Below, one piece after another: positions 1 through 9,018 of a DNA stretch of 64,000 nucleotides. The stretch is taken from contig CAYWJX010000003.1 in NCBI GenBank assembly GCA_964459335.1, positions 44-64,043 of the forward strand, written 5' to 3'. The translations under genes were made by a program, and so were the position numbers. The notes under the pieces are model-generated. The model had not been told where the DNA came from. It saw only the letters and a program-made list of their open reading frames with translations, and ran no database searches. This stretch comes from an uncultured Candidatus Saccharibacteria bacterium. GTDB lineage: Bacteria > Patescibacteriota > Minisyncoccia > Phycocordibacterales > SBAW01. The first letter of the stretch is position 1. Each line of letters begins with the position of its first letter.

Positions 1-1
1 G

Positions 2-286
2 GAGTTTAAGCAAATACTCACCAAAAACATCATGCGCGGTGTTGAGCTCGAAAATAGGTATGCCGACGACGCGCTCCCGCGCGGCGTGGTGGGGCTCGTG
101 CCCGCAAGCGTCAAACAGTATGTGGAGCACATTGCCGACAGGCGCCTGGAGCGCATCGGCCTTGAGCGCCAGTATCACAAAGACAACCCCTTCCCGTGGA
201 TGAGCGAAATTATCGACATGCCTAAAGAGAAAAACTTTTTCGAAACGCGCGTCAACGAGTACAAAACCGGCGAGCTCGATTGGTGA
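2..286 (+). CDS. Class I ribonucleotide reductase small (beta/R2) subunit, C-terminal fragment; the 5' end lies outside the window
   Basis: The frame is open from the window edge to the TGA at 284-286. The tail ...NPFPWMSEIIDMPKEKNFFETRVNEYKTGELDW matches the conserved NrdB/NrdF C-terminus. Confidence 0.75.
   Translation, partial: EFKQILTKNIMRGVELENRYADDALPRGVVGLVPASVKQYVEHIADRRLERIGLERQYHKDNPFPWMSEIIDMPKEKNFFETRVNEYKTGELDW
252..284 (+). repeat. 33-bp direct repeat, copy 1 (last 11 codons of the RNR gene)
   Basis: TCAACGAGTACAAAACCGGCGAGCTCGATTGGT is identical to 2421-2453. Confidence 0.9.
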
Positions 287-333
287 TTTTACTAGAGTAA
301 AATCACCCTGAGCACAGTCGAAGGGTAAAAGAA

Positions 334-360
334 AATCCGCCAAGATAAACTTGGCGGATT
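334..360 (-). terminator. Rho-independent terminator candidate for the ABC exporter gene
   Basis: Perfect 11-bp stem AATCCGCCAAG/CTTGGCGGATT with a 5-nt loop. On the minus strand it is followed by a T-rich tract. It lies 14 nt downstream of the stop at 374. Confidence 0.6.
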
Positions 361-373
361 GCTATAGTCGAAG

Positions 374-2056
374 CTATTGGCTAAGACTTTTCTGCATCGC
401 TTCCCATAAAGAAGCGAACTTGGGACATACAGATAAGAGCTCCGGAAGTGTGCCCTCGGCTATTATCCTTCCTCCTTCGAACATACATATTCGGTCGAAG
501 AGCGGCAACAGGTGGAGTCGGTGTATCGATGATATGACTGTCTTGCCCACAAACCCAGAGAATATATTTTTATAGACCTTCATCTCTGTAATGGCATCGA
601 GACTACTGGTAGGCTCATCGAGGAGCACAATGTCCTTGTCGTGGCAGGCCAAAAGCCCGCGAGACAAAGCAAGACGCTGTTGCTGGCCGCCGCTTAGGTT
701 TACTCCTTTTTCTTTAATCGAGGAGTTAAATCCATTTGGCAAACCATCAGCAACCTCGGTAAAGCAGGCCATGTCAGTAAAGCGCCGCACAAAGTCTGTT
801 GGGTGCCGTGCGCCGAGTGTAATGTTTTCCAAAATAGTCGTTGCAAAGATTTCTGGATCTTGCGGCACCAATGCAATGGCCCGAGATATACCTTCGAAAC
901 CATGTGGGATGATGTTCCCGTCCACCGAGAGTGTGAGACTCTGTGGATGGTACAGATCACGCATAACTTTAAGCAGGGTCGTTTTGCCGCTACCGGTCTC
1001 ACCCACAAAAGCAATCTTTTCACCCTTCTCAATTGCAAGATTGATTTCGCTGAGATGCGAGTTACTGTGATTACCAAGATAGGAAAAACTAAGGTTTTCT
1101 ATTTCGAGCTGCTGCCAGTTGCGCGGCAGCACGTGATTAGCAAAACTTTCCGACCTGAAGTCATTAGCAAGAAGCTCCGCGTTTGCTACCCACGCCCGAC
1201 GCTGCAACACATCGCCATACATGGTGGTAAACCGGGAAAAAGTCTCGCCTATCTTTTGGAGATACTGTACTAAGAGATAAGTACTGCCTATCAAGATCCC
1301 GCCCGCCGCGCCCATATGTTGCCAAAAATAGACGCCGAGGACGGCAATGGGCATAACGGTGCAGCACATGCTGGTCCAAAACCATTTCCACTCATTGAGC
1401 CGCACATTACGGTTAAACAAGCCTCGAGGTTTTTCTATCTCGTGCACGATGGACTCGAATACAAGTTTTTCGACCCGAAGAATGATGACAGTAGTAACAT
1501 TACTGACCGCGTCAAACACACTCTCCGAGATGCGGTTTTCGGCACGGCTTAGTTCTCGATACTGCTCGACTATCACACGATCAAATCGCATGACGATCCA
1601 CACAGTAAGCAAGACCATAACTCCGACTATGACCGCCGCAGGTGGCGAGAAATATGCGAGTACGCAATAACTCCCCACAAGTTGGATAGAGCCATAGATG
1701 ATTTCGAAAGCGCTGCTTGCAAACTGATAGAGGCCATTCGCACCTTTTTCTATCTTATCTATGGTATCGCCCGAATGATGGTCAACATGCCACTCCAGAG
1801 GCAGTGTCATGGTGCCCTTGACCAAATGGCGCCGATAGTTGACGCGCACGCCAAAGGCATTGGCTCTCTCCAAAAGACGCCCTGGTCCATGGAATGCCCA
1901 ACCGACGACCTCTATCACAAACGTCGCCATAAGAAGCCACAGGAGGGTTTTAATACTCTCCGGTGTCACCCCTTGCGCCTGCACGGTATTCATTACCTGG
2001 GCCCACACGAACGGTTGCCCAAATAAGTAAATGCTATGTGATGCGATGAACATCAT
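374..2056 (-). CDS. ABC transporter, fused permease/ATPase (type I exporter, MsbA/MdlB-like)
   Basis: Hydrophobic N-terminal TM domain, Walker A GETGSGKTT, signature LSGGQQQR and Walker B IVLLDEPTS. The frame stays open upstream to about 2224, encoding exporter-like sequence (KRNPLFYLFAQTWKYS), but has no ATG/GTG/TTG there. Confidence 0.85.
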   Translation of the reverse strand: MMFIASHSIYLFGQPFVWAQVMNTVQAQGVTPESIKTLLWLLMATFVIEVVGWAFHGPGRLLERANAFGVRVNYRRHLVKGTMTLPLEWHVDHHSGDTIDKIEKGANGLYQFASSAFEIIYGSIQLVGSYCVLAYFSPPAAVIVGVMVLLTVWIVMRFDRVIVEQYRELSRAENRISESVFDAVSNVTTVIILRVEKLVFESIVHEIEKPRGLFNRNVRLNEWKWFWTSMCCTVMPIAVLGVYFWQHMGAAGGILIGSTYLLVQYLQKIGETFSRFTTMYGDVLQRRAWVANAELLANDFRSESFANHVLPRNWQQLEIENLSFSYLGNHSNSHLSEINLAIEKGEKIAFVGETGSGKTTLLKVMRDLYHPQSLTLSVDGNIIPHGFEGISRAIALVPQDPEIFATTILENITLGARHPTDFVRRFTDMACFTEVADGLPNGFNSSIKEKGVNLSGGQQQRLALSRGLLACHDKDIVLLDEPTSSLDAITEMKVYKNIFSGFVGKTVISSIHRLHLLPLFDRICMFEGGRIIAEGTLPELLSVCPKFASLWEAMQKSLSQ

Positions 2057-2420
2057 CCAGCAGCAGAGGAGCTGCCGATGATTACCTTCCGAATATTTCC
2101 ACGTTTGGGCAAAGAGATAGAAAAGCGGGTTGCGCTTGTCTTGCTGTGCAATAGCGAAGGTTTCCTTCTTTTTCGTTTCGTCAAAGAACTTAAAACGCCG
2201 CGTTTTACGCGGCGTTGAAAGGATTTAAAATCGGGAAAGTTTAAATACTTAAAACACTGCGCAAAATGTTATATCCAGTAAAGGCCACATACGGACGCAC
2301 ATCAAAAGATGCGAGCCGATCCTGGCCGCTGGTAATAGTTATTTGTTTGCGCACATTTTTCATAACGGGTTTAATCTATACCACTATTGCAAAAAAGTCA
2401 AGGTCTCCTTAAAATCCACC

Positions 2421-2453
2421 TCAACGAGTACAAAACCGGCGAGCTCGATTGGT
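2421..2453 (+). repeat. 33-bp direct repeat, copy 2 (orphan copy of the RNR gene 3' end)
   Basis: Matches 252-284 at 33/33 positions. It is followed by AA (TAA) rather than GA (TGA), and there is no upstream RNR coding context. Confidence 0.9.
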
Positions 2454-2634
2454 AAAAAAATCTACCTCACTTCATAAAGAAGAAAAGGTAGATCAACACA
2501 CACACGACCACAGTGGCCGGGTTGAGGAGGGCGACAACAGCCTCTCCTAAAAACTCTTGCGCAGTGGTTCGTTCAAGCTTTGCGAAGAACATGGAGCTAC
2601 CCTCCTTTCTTCATCAGAATATCACTGCTCCCTT

Positions 2635-3399
2635 TTACCGCAAGGAATCTTCTACACTGTATTCGCCCACTTTGGTGCGGAGGATGTGGAGCGCGAGCGC
2701 CGGGATGCCCAGTTGCTTGCCCACGCCGTTAGCTATCGAGCGCGCATAGGTGCCCGACGAGCACGATATGGCAATGCTGGCACACGGGAACTCGCGCACG
2801 CCGGTGAGTTTGAGCTGGCGCTTCCAGAGGCGCAACACCTCCTCTTGGCGGAAGTCGCCGTTTACTTTCTCAACGCCGCTTTGTATGTAGGCCAAGAGTT
2901 GCGGCTCTTTTACTTTGTACAAGTGCGTGAGGCTGATGTCATAAATGGTGACCGTGCGTCGCGGCAAAATAAGTGCATCCATGACGCCGTCACGCGCCCA
3001 TTGGAAGAGCGACTTGCCTTCGACTGTTTTGCTCGAGTACGGCGGATACTCTTGAGAAAGCATCCCGCGAAACTCGTTGAGCGCGACTTCGACTTTTTTT
3101 CGCGTGACGCCGAGCGGCTCGCCGCTCTCGGTTATTTTGCCAAGCACGTCGTAGGTGTCGGTCGAAAATCCAAACAGCACGTCGAGTGTATACTCTTTGC
3201 TCATGTCGAGATACGCTTCGCGCCGATGATTGGCCGAGCCCACCAGGGCTAGCATGACACCCTCGGCCATCGGGTCGAGCCTGCCGGCGTAGGAGAGCAC
3301 CTCGTGCTCGAAATGCGGCCTCTGGAGACGCAGGCGCTCTAAGCGCTCACGCGGGGTCTCACCCAGCTTTTTATACAGATTAACCACACTACCTGACAT
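2635..3399 (-). CDS. truB: tRNA pseudouridine(55) synthase TruB
   Basis: Motifs AGRLDPMAEGVM (catalytic Asp), YPPYSSK and TYARS. I chose the Met at 3399 (MSGSVVNLYKK); the ORF extends to 3486, but that stretch would overlap the hisS start. Confidence 0.8.
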   Translation of the reverse strand: MSGSVVNLYKKLGETPRERLERLRLQRPHFEHEVLSYAGRLDPMAEGVMLALVGSANHRREAYLDMSKEYTLDVLFGFSTDTYDVLGKITESGEPLGVTRKKVEVALNEFRGMLSQEYPPYSSKTVEGKSLFQWARDGVMDALILPRRTVTIYDISLTHLYKVKEPQLLAYIQSGVEKVNGDFRQEEVLRLWKRQLKLTGVREFPCASIAISCSSGTYARSIANGVGKQLGIPALALHILRTKVGEYSVEDSLR

Positions 3400-3448
3400 G
3401 TTTGCGGCACTTTTTTCCTCTGGCATTTCTGCTACACTGTACACTATC

Positions 3449-4690
3449 ATGGCAAAAAAGGAGAAATTGTCGGTCGAGCCGTACAAAGGCGTGCGCGATT
3501 TTTATCCTCCCGATTACGCGACACTCTCATATATTTTTGACATCTGGCGCAAAACAGTTGAGAAAGTTGGCTATGTCGAGTATGAGGCCTCCATCTTGGA
3601 ACCGAGCGAACTATACAAAGCCAAGGGTGCCGAGAATGAGGAGATGGTCAACGAACAAACCTACACCTTTGTCGACCGCGGCGGCCGCGAAACTACACTG
3701 CGCCCCGAAATGACGCCGACCGTTGCGCGCATGGTTGCGGCCAAGCGCCGCGAGCTCGGCTTCCCGCTCCGGCTATACTCTATCCCCAACCTCTTTAGAT
3801 ACGAGCGGCCCCAGCGCGGACGTTTGCGCGAGCACTGGCAACTCAATGTCGACCTCTTTGGCAGCCATTCGCCCTATGCCGACGCCGAGATTATCGGCAT
3901 TGCGCAGGCAATCATGCATGCTTTTGGCGCTACCGAAAAAGATTTTGTAATAAAGCTTGGGAGCCGCACGTTTGTAAACTCGCTTATTGCCGAGGCAAAC
4001 CTCTCCGAAGAAAACGGCAAAGTATTGCTTGCTTTGCTTGACCGCCGCGCAAAAATGCCAAGCGAGGAGTTTAATACAAAGCTTACCGAGCTTGGCATAA
4101 AAAAAGAAAAGCTCTCGGGAGATGTGCCGGCAGATATTGCAAACATGATTAAAGAGTTTAGCGATGCAGGCATCAACAACATCGTATGGGATCCATCAAT
4201 TGTGCGCGGCTTTGCCTATTACACCGGCATGGTGTTTGAGGTGTTTGATACAAACCCTCTCAATAATCGCGCGCTTTTTGGCGGCGGCCGTTACGACAAC
4301 CTCACCGAAATGTTTGATGACGAGCCTATTACCGGCGTCGGTTTTGGCATGGGCGACGTTACTATGCGCGACTTTCTTGAGGTGCGGGGCCTCCTGCCGT
4401 CATATGTGCCGCCAACGCAGGTGTACCTTGCGGTTACAGCACCCGAGCTTGCACGGCAAGCACAAACTCTTGCCGGAGAATTGCGCCAGCAAGGCGTCAA
4501 CGTGGCAATCGATTTTGGCGACAAAAAGCTCGGCGACCAAATAAAAACGGCGAGCAAGCACGCTATACCTTATCTTATTGTTGTGGGCGACAACGAGCTC
4601 TCATCGGGCAAGTTTGTGGTGCGTAATCTCACAACCGGCGAGGAAACCCCGCTCGCCAAACACGAGTTAGCACATTTCTTTCTCAAATAA
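3449..4690 (+). CDS. hisS: Histidyl-tRNA synthetase
   Basis: Motifs GVRDFYPPD, LRPEMTPTVARM, RYERPQRGRLREHWQ and GGGRYDNL, plus a C-terminal anticodon-binding domain. The likely start is MAKKEKL at 3449. Confidence 0.9.
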   Translation: MAKKEKLSVEPYKGVRDFYPPDYATLSYIFDIWRKTVEKVGYVEYEASILEPSELYKAKGAENEEMVNEQTYTFVDRGGRETTLRPEMTPTVARMVAAKRRELGFPLRLYSIPNLFRYERPQRGRLREHWQLNVDLFGSHSPYADAEIIGIAQAIMHAFGATEKDFVIKLGSRTFVNSLIAEANLSEENGKVLLALLDRRAKMPSEEFNTKLTELGIKKEKLSGDVPADIANMIKEFSDAGINNIVWDPSIVRGFAYYTGMVFEVFDTNPLNNRALFGGGRYDNLTEMFDDEPITGVGFGMGDVTMRDFLEVRGLLPSYVPPTQVYLAVTAPELARQAQTLAGELRQQGVNVAIDFGDKKLGDQIKTASKHAIPYLIVVGDNELSSGKFVVRNLTTGEETPLAKHELAHFFLK

Positions 4691-5263
4691 ATGAAGCGTA
4701 TTACCTTTGACATCGAGACCACGGGCGACTTTGGCACTAACGGCGACTTTTCAAATCTCGATGTTACCGTCGTGGGGCTGCACGACTCCGAAACCGGCGA
4801 AGTTACCGGCTACTTTAAAGAAGATTTACCAAAAGTTTGGCAAATTTTTGAGAGCGCCGACATGTTGGTGGGTTACAACTCCGAGCATTTTGACATCCCG
4901 ATACTCAACAAATTTTATGCGGGCGACCTCACCAAAATAAAAAGCGTCGATTTGCTCAAGGAGGTTAAAAATGTGCTCGGCCGCCGGCTCAAGCTCGACA
5001 ACCTCGCCGAGGCCACGCTCGGTAAAAACAAAAGCGGCAACGGCGCGGAGGCGGTGGTGTGGTGGAAGGAGGGACTGCGCGATAAAGTCCGCGACTACTG
5101 CTTAGACGACGTGCGGATTACCAACGAAATCTACGAATATGCAAAAAAGAACGGCAGCCTCAAATATAGAGACTACGACGGCGTCCGCGAAATAAAACTC
5201 GACACGAGTAAATGGGAAACTCCGGACGAAAAAGGTGGCATAACCTACACCTTGCCCTTCTAG
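4691..5263 (+). CDS. DEDD-type 3'-5' exonuclease / RNase H-like fold protein
   Basis: Motifs FDIETTG, GYNSEHFDIPIL and YCLDDVRITNEIY (Exo I/II/III-like acidic motifs). Its start abuts the hisS stop. Confidence 0.65.
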   Translation: MKRITFDIETTGDFGTNGDFSNLDVTVVGLHDSETGEVTGYFKEDLPKVWQIFESADMLVGYNSEHFDIPILNKFYAGDLTKIKSVDLLKEVKNVLGRRLKLDNLAEATLGKNKSGNGAEAVVWWKEGLRDKVRDYCLDDVRITNEIYEYAKKNGSLKYRDYDGVREIKLDTSKWETPDEKGGITYTLPF

Positions 5264-5311
5264 CTTGCCGGCCGACACCTATGTTAAAATAGCTTTATAA
5301 CCAAAATCATT

Positions 5312-6031
5312 ATGAAATCACAATATTTGCTTCCTTTAACCATTGTCGTTGCCGGTTTGATCATTGCCGGCGCGGTCTTTTTGAGCGCTAAAAGCGGCAC
5401 CCCTTCGACCCCTAACGGCACGACGCAGTCCACCAGCTTCCGCCCTGTCGACTCTACCGACCACACGCTGGGGAGCCCCAACGCCGCGGTGCAAGTCATC
5501 GAGTATGCCGACCTCGAGTGTCCATACTGCAAGCAGTTTGAGACAACGATGCATCAGATAATGAGCTACTACGGTCAAAGCGGCCAAGTATCGTGGACCT
5601 ATCGCCCGTTCCCGCTCACACAGATACACTCCAAAGCGCCGGAGGAGGCCGAGGCAGCCGAGTGCGCAGCCGACCAAGGTGGAAACACGGCGTTCTTTAA
5701 CTACATAGACCAAATCTACAACAACTCCCCGCTCGAAAACGGCCTCGACCTTACTCAATTGCCGGTATTCGCAAAAAATATTGGGCTTAATGTCGACACC
5801 TTTAACACCTGCTTAAACAGCGGCAAGTATGCACAAAAGGTGCAAGACAGCTACAATGAGGCCATTAAAGAGGGTGGCACCGGTACGCCGTTTATCCTCA
5901 TCACGAAAGCGGGCTCGACCGACGCGATTACGCTCGAGGGTGCACAGCCGTACGACTCGATGCGCGCGGCAATCGACCAACTCCTCGGCACCGCCGCTCC
6001 AACAGGTGCAGCCTCCACTACCTCTCAATAG
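5312..6031 (+). CDS. DsbA-family thiol:disulfide oxidoreductase, membrane-anchored/secreted
   Basis: N-terminal TM helix, the CPYC active site in the context IEYADLECPYCKQF, and a thioredoxin-like GTPFIL motif (cis-Pro). Confidence 0.8.
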   Translation: MKSQYLLPLTIVVAGLIIAGAVFLSAKSGTPSTPNGTTQSTSFRPVDSTDHTLGSPNAAVQVIEYADLECPYCKQFETTMHQIMSYYGQSGQVSWTYRPFPLTQIHSKAPEEAEAAECAADQGGNTAFFNYIDQIYNNSPLENGLDLTQLPVFAKNIGLNVDTFNTCLNSGKYAQKVQDSYNEAIKEGGTGTPFILITKAGSTDAITLEGAQPYDSMRAAIDQLLGTAAPTGAASTTSQ

Positions 6032-6059
6032 GATTCGAGGCAAGCTACCACAGTAAAAG

Positions 6060-6920
6060 CTATTGGTCGGGCCTAAAGTGAGCGTCGTACTCCTCGGGCT
6101 CAAGATTGATGCGATAAATATCGAGCGAGTTCTCCCCCTCAAACATATCAGAGGGGTTAGGTAAAAACACTTTTGTGTTGGCTAAGACCGTGGTTGCATC
6201 GCGCACGAGCCGGTTAAAGATAATAAACTCTTCGCGAAACTGCCTAAAATCGATAACATAGCGGCGCATTTGCGGCGAACCGTCGGCATTGCGGGATATT
6301 TTGCACTCGTGCACGATAAACCGCCGCACCGGTTTGCCAAACTCTTTTTTAACCGTGTAGTAATTAAAGATTGCTTGGAATATAAACAGTGATTTGTCGG
6401 CTTTGTATGGGCTGAACGCCGCAACAAACTTATGGTCGACAATATCAACGCCACGCGGGTCGACTTTGCTTTGCACAACAAGGTCGGAGACCGCCTTTAT
6501 TGGGAGCGGCAAGCCCTCAACTTTGGCAACTGCCGCCACCTCAACCCCAAGCACTTTGTACCGAGGCGGCCGCTCTAAATAAAAACCAACTGCTTGCAAA
6601 TACTCGCGCTCCATACTTTCGCGCTTTTGTTTGCGTGCGCGATTAGACTGTACCTTTTTGCCAAAGTTGATTTCAAAATCGGGTACGTTTTTGAGATACT
6701 CAAGCCCGAGCGCAATCGCCCCCTCTTTATCTATCCCGCCATAAAAATGCTGCAAAGCAGTATGTGCTGCACGCCCCACGATGCCGGATGGCGACGACGG
6801 CATGTCGTACACCAGCTCCACATAGCGTTTGTACCAAGCCAAAGGATTACGCAAAAAAGCCATCAAAGAGCTATGGCTCCAGTGCTTGATAGGTAAAGAT
6901 ATAGCCGGCGTCCTAGCCAT
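6060..6920 (-). CDS. PD-(D/E)XK nuclease superfamily protein (RecB-like)
   Basis: An N-terminal WSHSSLMAFLRNPLAWYKRYV helix typical of the family, the D...DIVDHK motif and a QAIFNYY (QxxxY) motif. Confidence 0.65.
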   Translation of the reverse strand: MARTPAISLPIKHWSHSSLMAFLRNPLAWYKRYVELVYDMPSSPSGIVGRAAHTALQHFYGGIDKEGAIALGLEYLKNVPDFEINFGKKVQSNRARKQKRESMEREYLQAVGFYLERPPRYKVLGVEVAAVAKVEGLPLPIKAVSDLVVQSKVDPRGVDIVDHKFVAAFSPYKADKSLFIFQAIFNYYTVKKEFGKPVRRFIVHECKISRNADGSPQMRRYVIDFRQFREEFIIFNRLVRDATTVLANTKVFLPNPSDMFEGENSLDIYRINLEPEEYDAHFRPDQ

Positions 6921-7063
6921 GCCAACAGTATACTCTATGGGTAAATTTAGTAGAAAAATATACCTGACTCCATTTCCCCTCGATGAAACCGCGATAAATT
7001 CGTGGACTCAATAGAGTGGTGAAGGCAGGAGCTTTCGCTCAACCGCCTTCACCGAGACGAAGG

Positions 7064-7516
7064 TTAACCAGCCATGGAGCCGTAGATGCCCCGAGCCCGT
7101 TCCTCCATCAATTCGTGTTCCGACCGTTGGTCGTCCCACCCCTCGCACATCCTCTGGGCTTGCGCCCTGATGATGTCAACGATAGCGGCTACGACAACAT
7201 AGGAAGCGAGCAACGTAAGGACGTCGTCGCCTTCTTTGTCGGGAATGCCGAGGCCGCCACCGCCAGTGACCTTCCAGAAACTCAGCACGCCTGGATGGTC
7301 CATGGAGACGCCGCACGCAGCAATTCTGCCGCGAGCTGATGGCCCCATCTTGCGGAGTACGCCCGTCACCTTGGAACCGTAGCAGTTCCAGAGGAGTCGA
7401 GGGAATGTGTCGCAACCGATTTCTTCCGAGCCCCATGGTTCAAAGAAGGAAACGATTCCGAGTTGTCCCATGACGGACGACGCGACGTTGTGAAGGTACT
7501 CTTGTTTGCTACCCAT
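7064..7516 (-). CDS. Hypothetical protein (150 aa)
   Basis: An ATG at 7516 is preceded by AAGGAG at a 7-nt spacing. I recognised no motif. A 9-bp hairpin (7017-7054) lies downstream. Confidence 0.55.
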   Translation of the reverse strand: MGSKQEYLHNVASSVMGQLGIVSFFEPWGSEEIGCDTFPRLLWNCYGSKVTGVLRKMGPSARGRIAACGVSMDHPGVLSFWKVTGGGGLGIPDKEGDDVLTLLASYVVVAAIVDIIRAQAQRMCEGWDDQRSEHELMEERARGIYGSMAG

Positions 7517-7701
7517 GTGATGCTCCTTCTGAGAGCTCCTGCCGGCGAAATGCCTTCGGTCGTCCATGGGAGGAACGGCCATGCAGGGTCAGCGAACCGA
7601 CATATAAAGCGTACACCTTAACAACGCTTTTGTCAATGTGTCAAGAGGGCTTGTAGTTGAGCCTTATTTTACTGCCTCTTAAAATTGGCTGGAATCAAAA
7701 A

Positions 7702-8994
7702 TTAGTAGCTGCGGAGGCGCTTGGCTTTGTCGTGGGTGCGGATTCTTTCCAACGCTTTAGCCTCTATTTGGCGGATACGCTCGCGCGTGACACCAAACTT
7801 TTTACCCACTTCCTCGAGCGTGTGGTAGATGCCGTCTTCGAGCCCGTGGCGCAGTTTCAATATCTCGCGCTCTTTTGGTGAGAGCTCGTCGAGTATCTCG
7901 CGCAATTGGTCACCCAAAATACGGCGCGACACTTCTTGGTCGGGCGCGAGGATTTTGTCATCTTTGATAAAATCGCCCAAGACCGACTTGCCGTCATCAT
8001 CATCGGAGCCAACCGGGCTCTCGAGTGAGACCGTGTCTTGGTCGATTTTTTCTATCTGATATATTTTGTCGACATCAACGCCCATCTCAAGGGCGATTTC
8101 CTCCGGCAGTGGGTCGCGGCCCAAGTCTTGCGAGAGGCGGCGCGACACTTGTTTGTACTTGGCGATTGTCTCCACCATGTGCACCGGGATGCGGATAGTG
8201 CGGCTTTGGTCGGCCAAGGCGCGGGTAATAGCTTGGCGTATCCACCACGTGGCGTAGGTCGAAAACTTGTAGCCCTTGGTGTAATCAAATTTATCAACCG
8301 CCTTAAAAAGGCCGAGGTTGCCCTCTTGGATGAGGTCGAGGAGGGTCAGGTCGGGCGAGCGGCCAACATATTTTTTTGCAATGGAGACCACAAGGCGCAG
8401 GTTGGCACGTGCAAGCAAGTTGCGTGCCTCGCCGTCGCCGTCGACAATGCGCTTGGCCAAGTCGCGCTCAGATTGAGCATTGAGGAGCGGGTACTTGCCT
8501 ATCTCGCGCAAGTACATTTGTATCGAGTCATATTGGCTGTCGGAGCGCGCATAGCCGCGCTCGGGCGCCGCGTCCTCGGCTATCTCGAGCATGCCGCCGC
8601 CCTCAAGCACATCGATGCCGGCGGTTTGGAACTTGTCGTAGAGCTCCTCCAAAAATGTTACATCGCTCTCGATGGTCGGGAAGCTTTTGAGGATTTCGTC
8701 GTAGGTGACAAAGCCGCGTTGGCGGCCGCGCGCCATCAATGCCTCTGCTTTTTTGCCTTGCTCGTCGTTCTTTTTAAATTGTTTTTCTTTTGCGGCAACA
8801 AACTTCCTCGACGCTTTAGTCGGGGTCCCGACTATACGTCGGGATTTAGGCGAGAGCTTAGCGCGCCGCTTGGCGGCTGCCGTGCGGAACTTTTTAGCTT
8901 TTGCTACAACACTTTTTGAGCGTTGGGACTTTTTCCCCGACGCCTTGGTCGGGACCCCGACCTTGCGTCGGGGCTTAGCCTTCTTTTTTGCCAT
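7702..8994 (-). CDS. rpoD: RNA polymerase sigma-70 factor RpoD with a Lys-rich N-terminal tail
   Basis: Motifs [52 protein letters not shown] and [20 protein letters not shown]. An alternative GTG start is at 9015. Confidence 0.92.
   Translation of the reverse strand: MAKKKAKPRRKVGVPTKASGKKSQRSKSVVAKAKKFRTAAAKRRAKLSPKSRRIVGTPTKASRKFVAAKEKQFKKNDEQGKKAEALMARGRQRGFVTYDEILKSFPTIESDVTFLEELYDKFQTAGIDVLEGGGMLEIAEDAAPERGYARSDSQYDSIQMYLREIGKYPLLNAQSERDLAKRIVDGDGEARNLLARANLRLVVSIAKKYVGRSPDLTLLDLIQEGNLGLFKAVDKFDYTKGYKFSTYATWWIRQAITRALADQSRTIRIPVHMVETIAKYKQVSRRLSQDLGRDPLPEEIALEMGVDVDKIYQIEKIDQDTVSLESPVGSDDDDGKSVLGDFIKDDKILAPDQEVSRRILGDQLREILDELSPKEREILKLRHGLEDGIYHTLEEVGKKFGVTRERIRQIEAKALERIRTHDKAKRLRSY
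8808..8845. repeat. GC-rich nested palindrome element (family A), in frame inside rpoD
   Basis: TCGACGCTTTAGTCGGGGTCCCGACTATACGTCGGGA, with nested arms CGACG/CGTCG and GTCGGG/CCCGAC. It encodes [13 protein letters not shown]. Confidence 0.8.
8935..8973. repeat. GC-rich nested palindrome element (family A), in frame inside rpoD
   Basis: CCCCGACGCCTTGGTCGGGACCCCGACCTTGCGTCGGGG. It encodes [13 protein letters not shown]. Confidence 0.85.
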
Positions 8995-9018
8995 TGACAA
9001 CAATATACCACACACTTG

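Noticed and set aside
2557-3252. 231-aa plus-strand ORF
   Set aside because: It is entirely antisense to truB, has no motifs, and has the Arg/Ala-rich mirror composition typical of shadow ORFs.
7016-7436. ORFs 7016-7339 (plus) and 7176-7436 (minus) overlapping the 150-aa hypothetical gene
   Set aside because: The frame starting at 7516 has a strong SD and a downstream hairpin. The alternatives lack start signals.
8038-8919. 293-aa plus-strand ORF
   Set aside because: It is antisense to rpoD, whose sigma-70 motifs are unambiguous. It is a shadow ORF.
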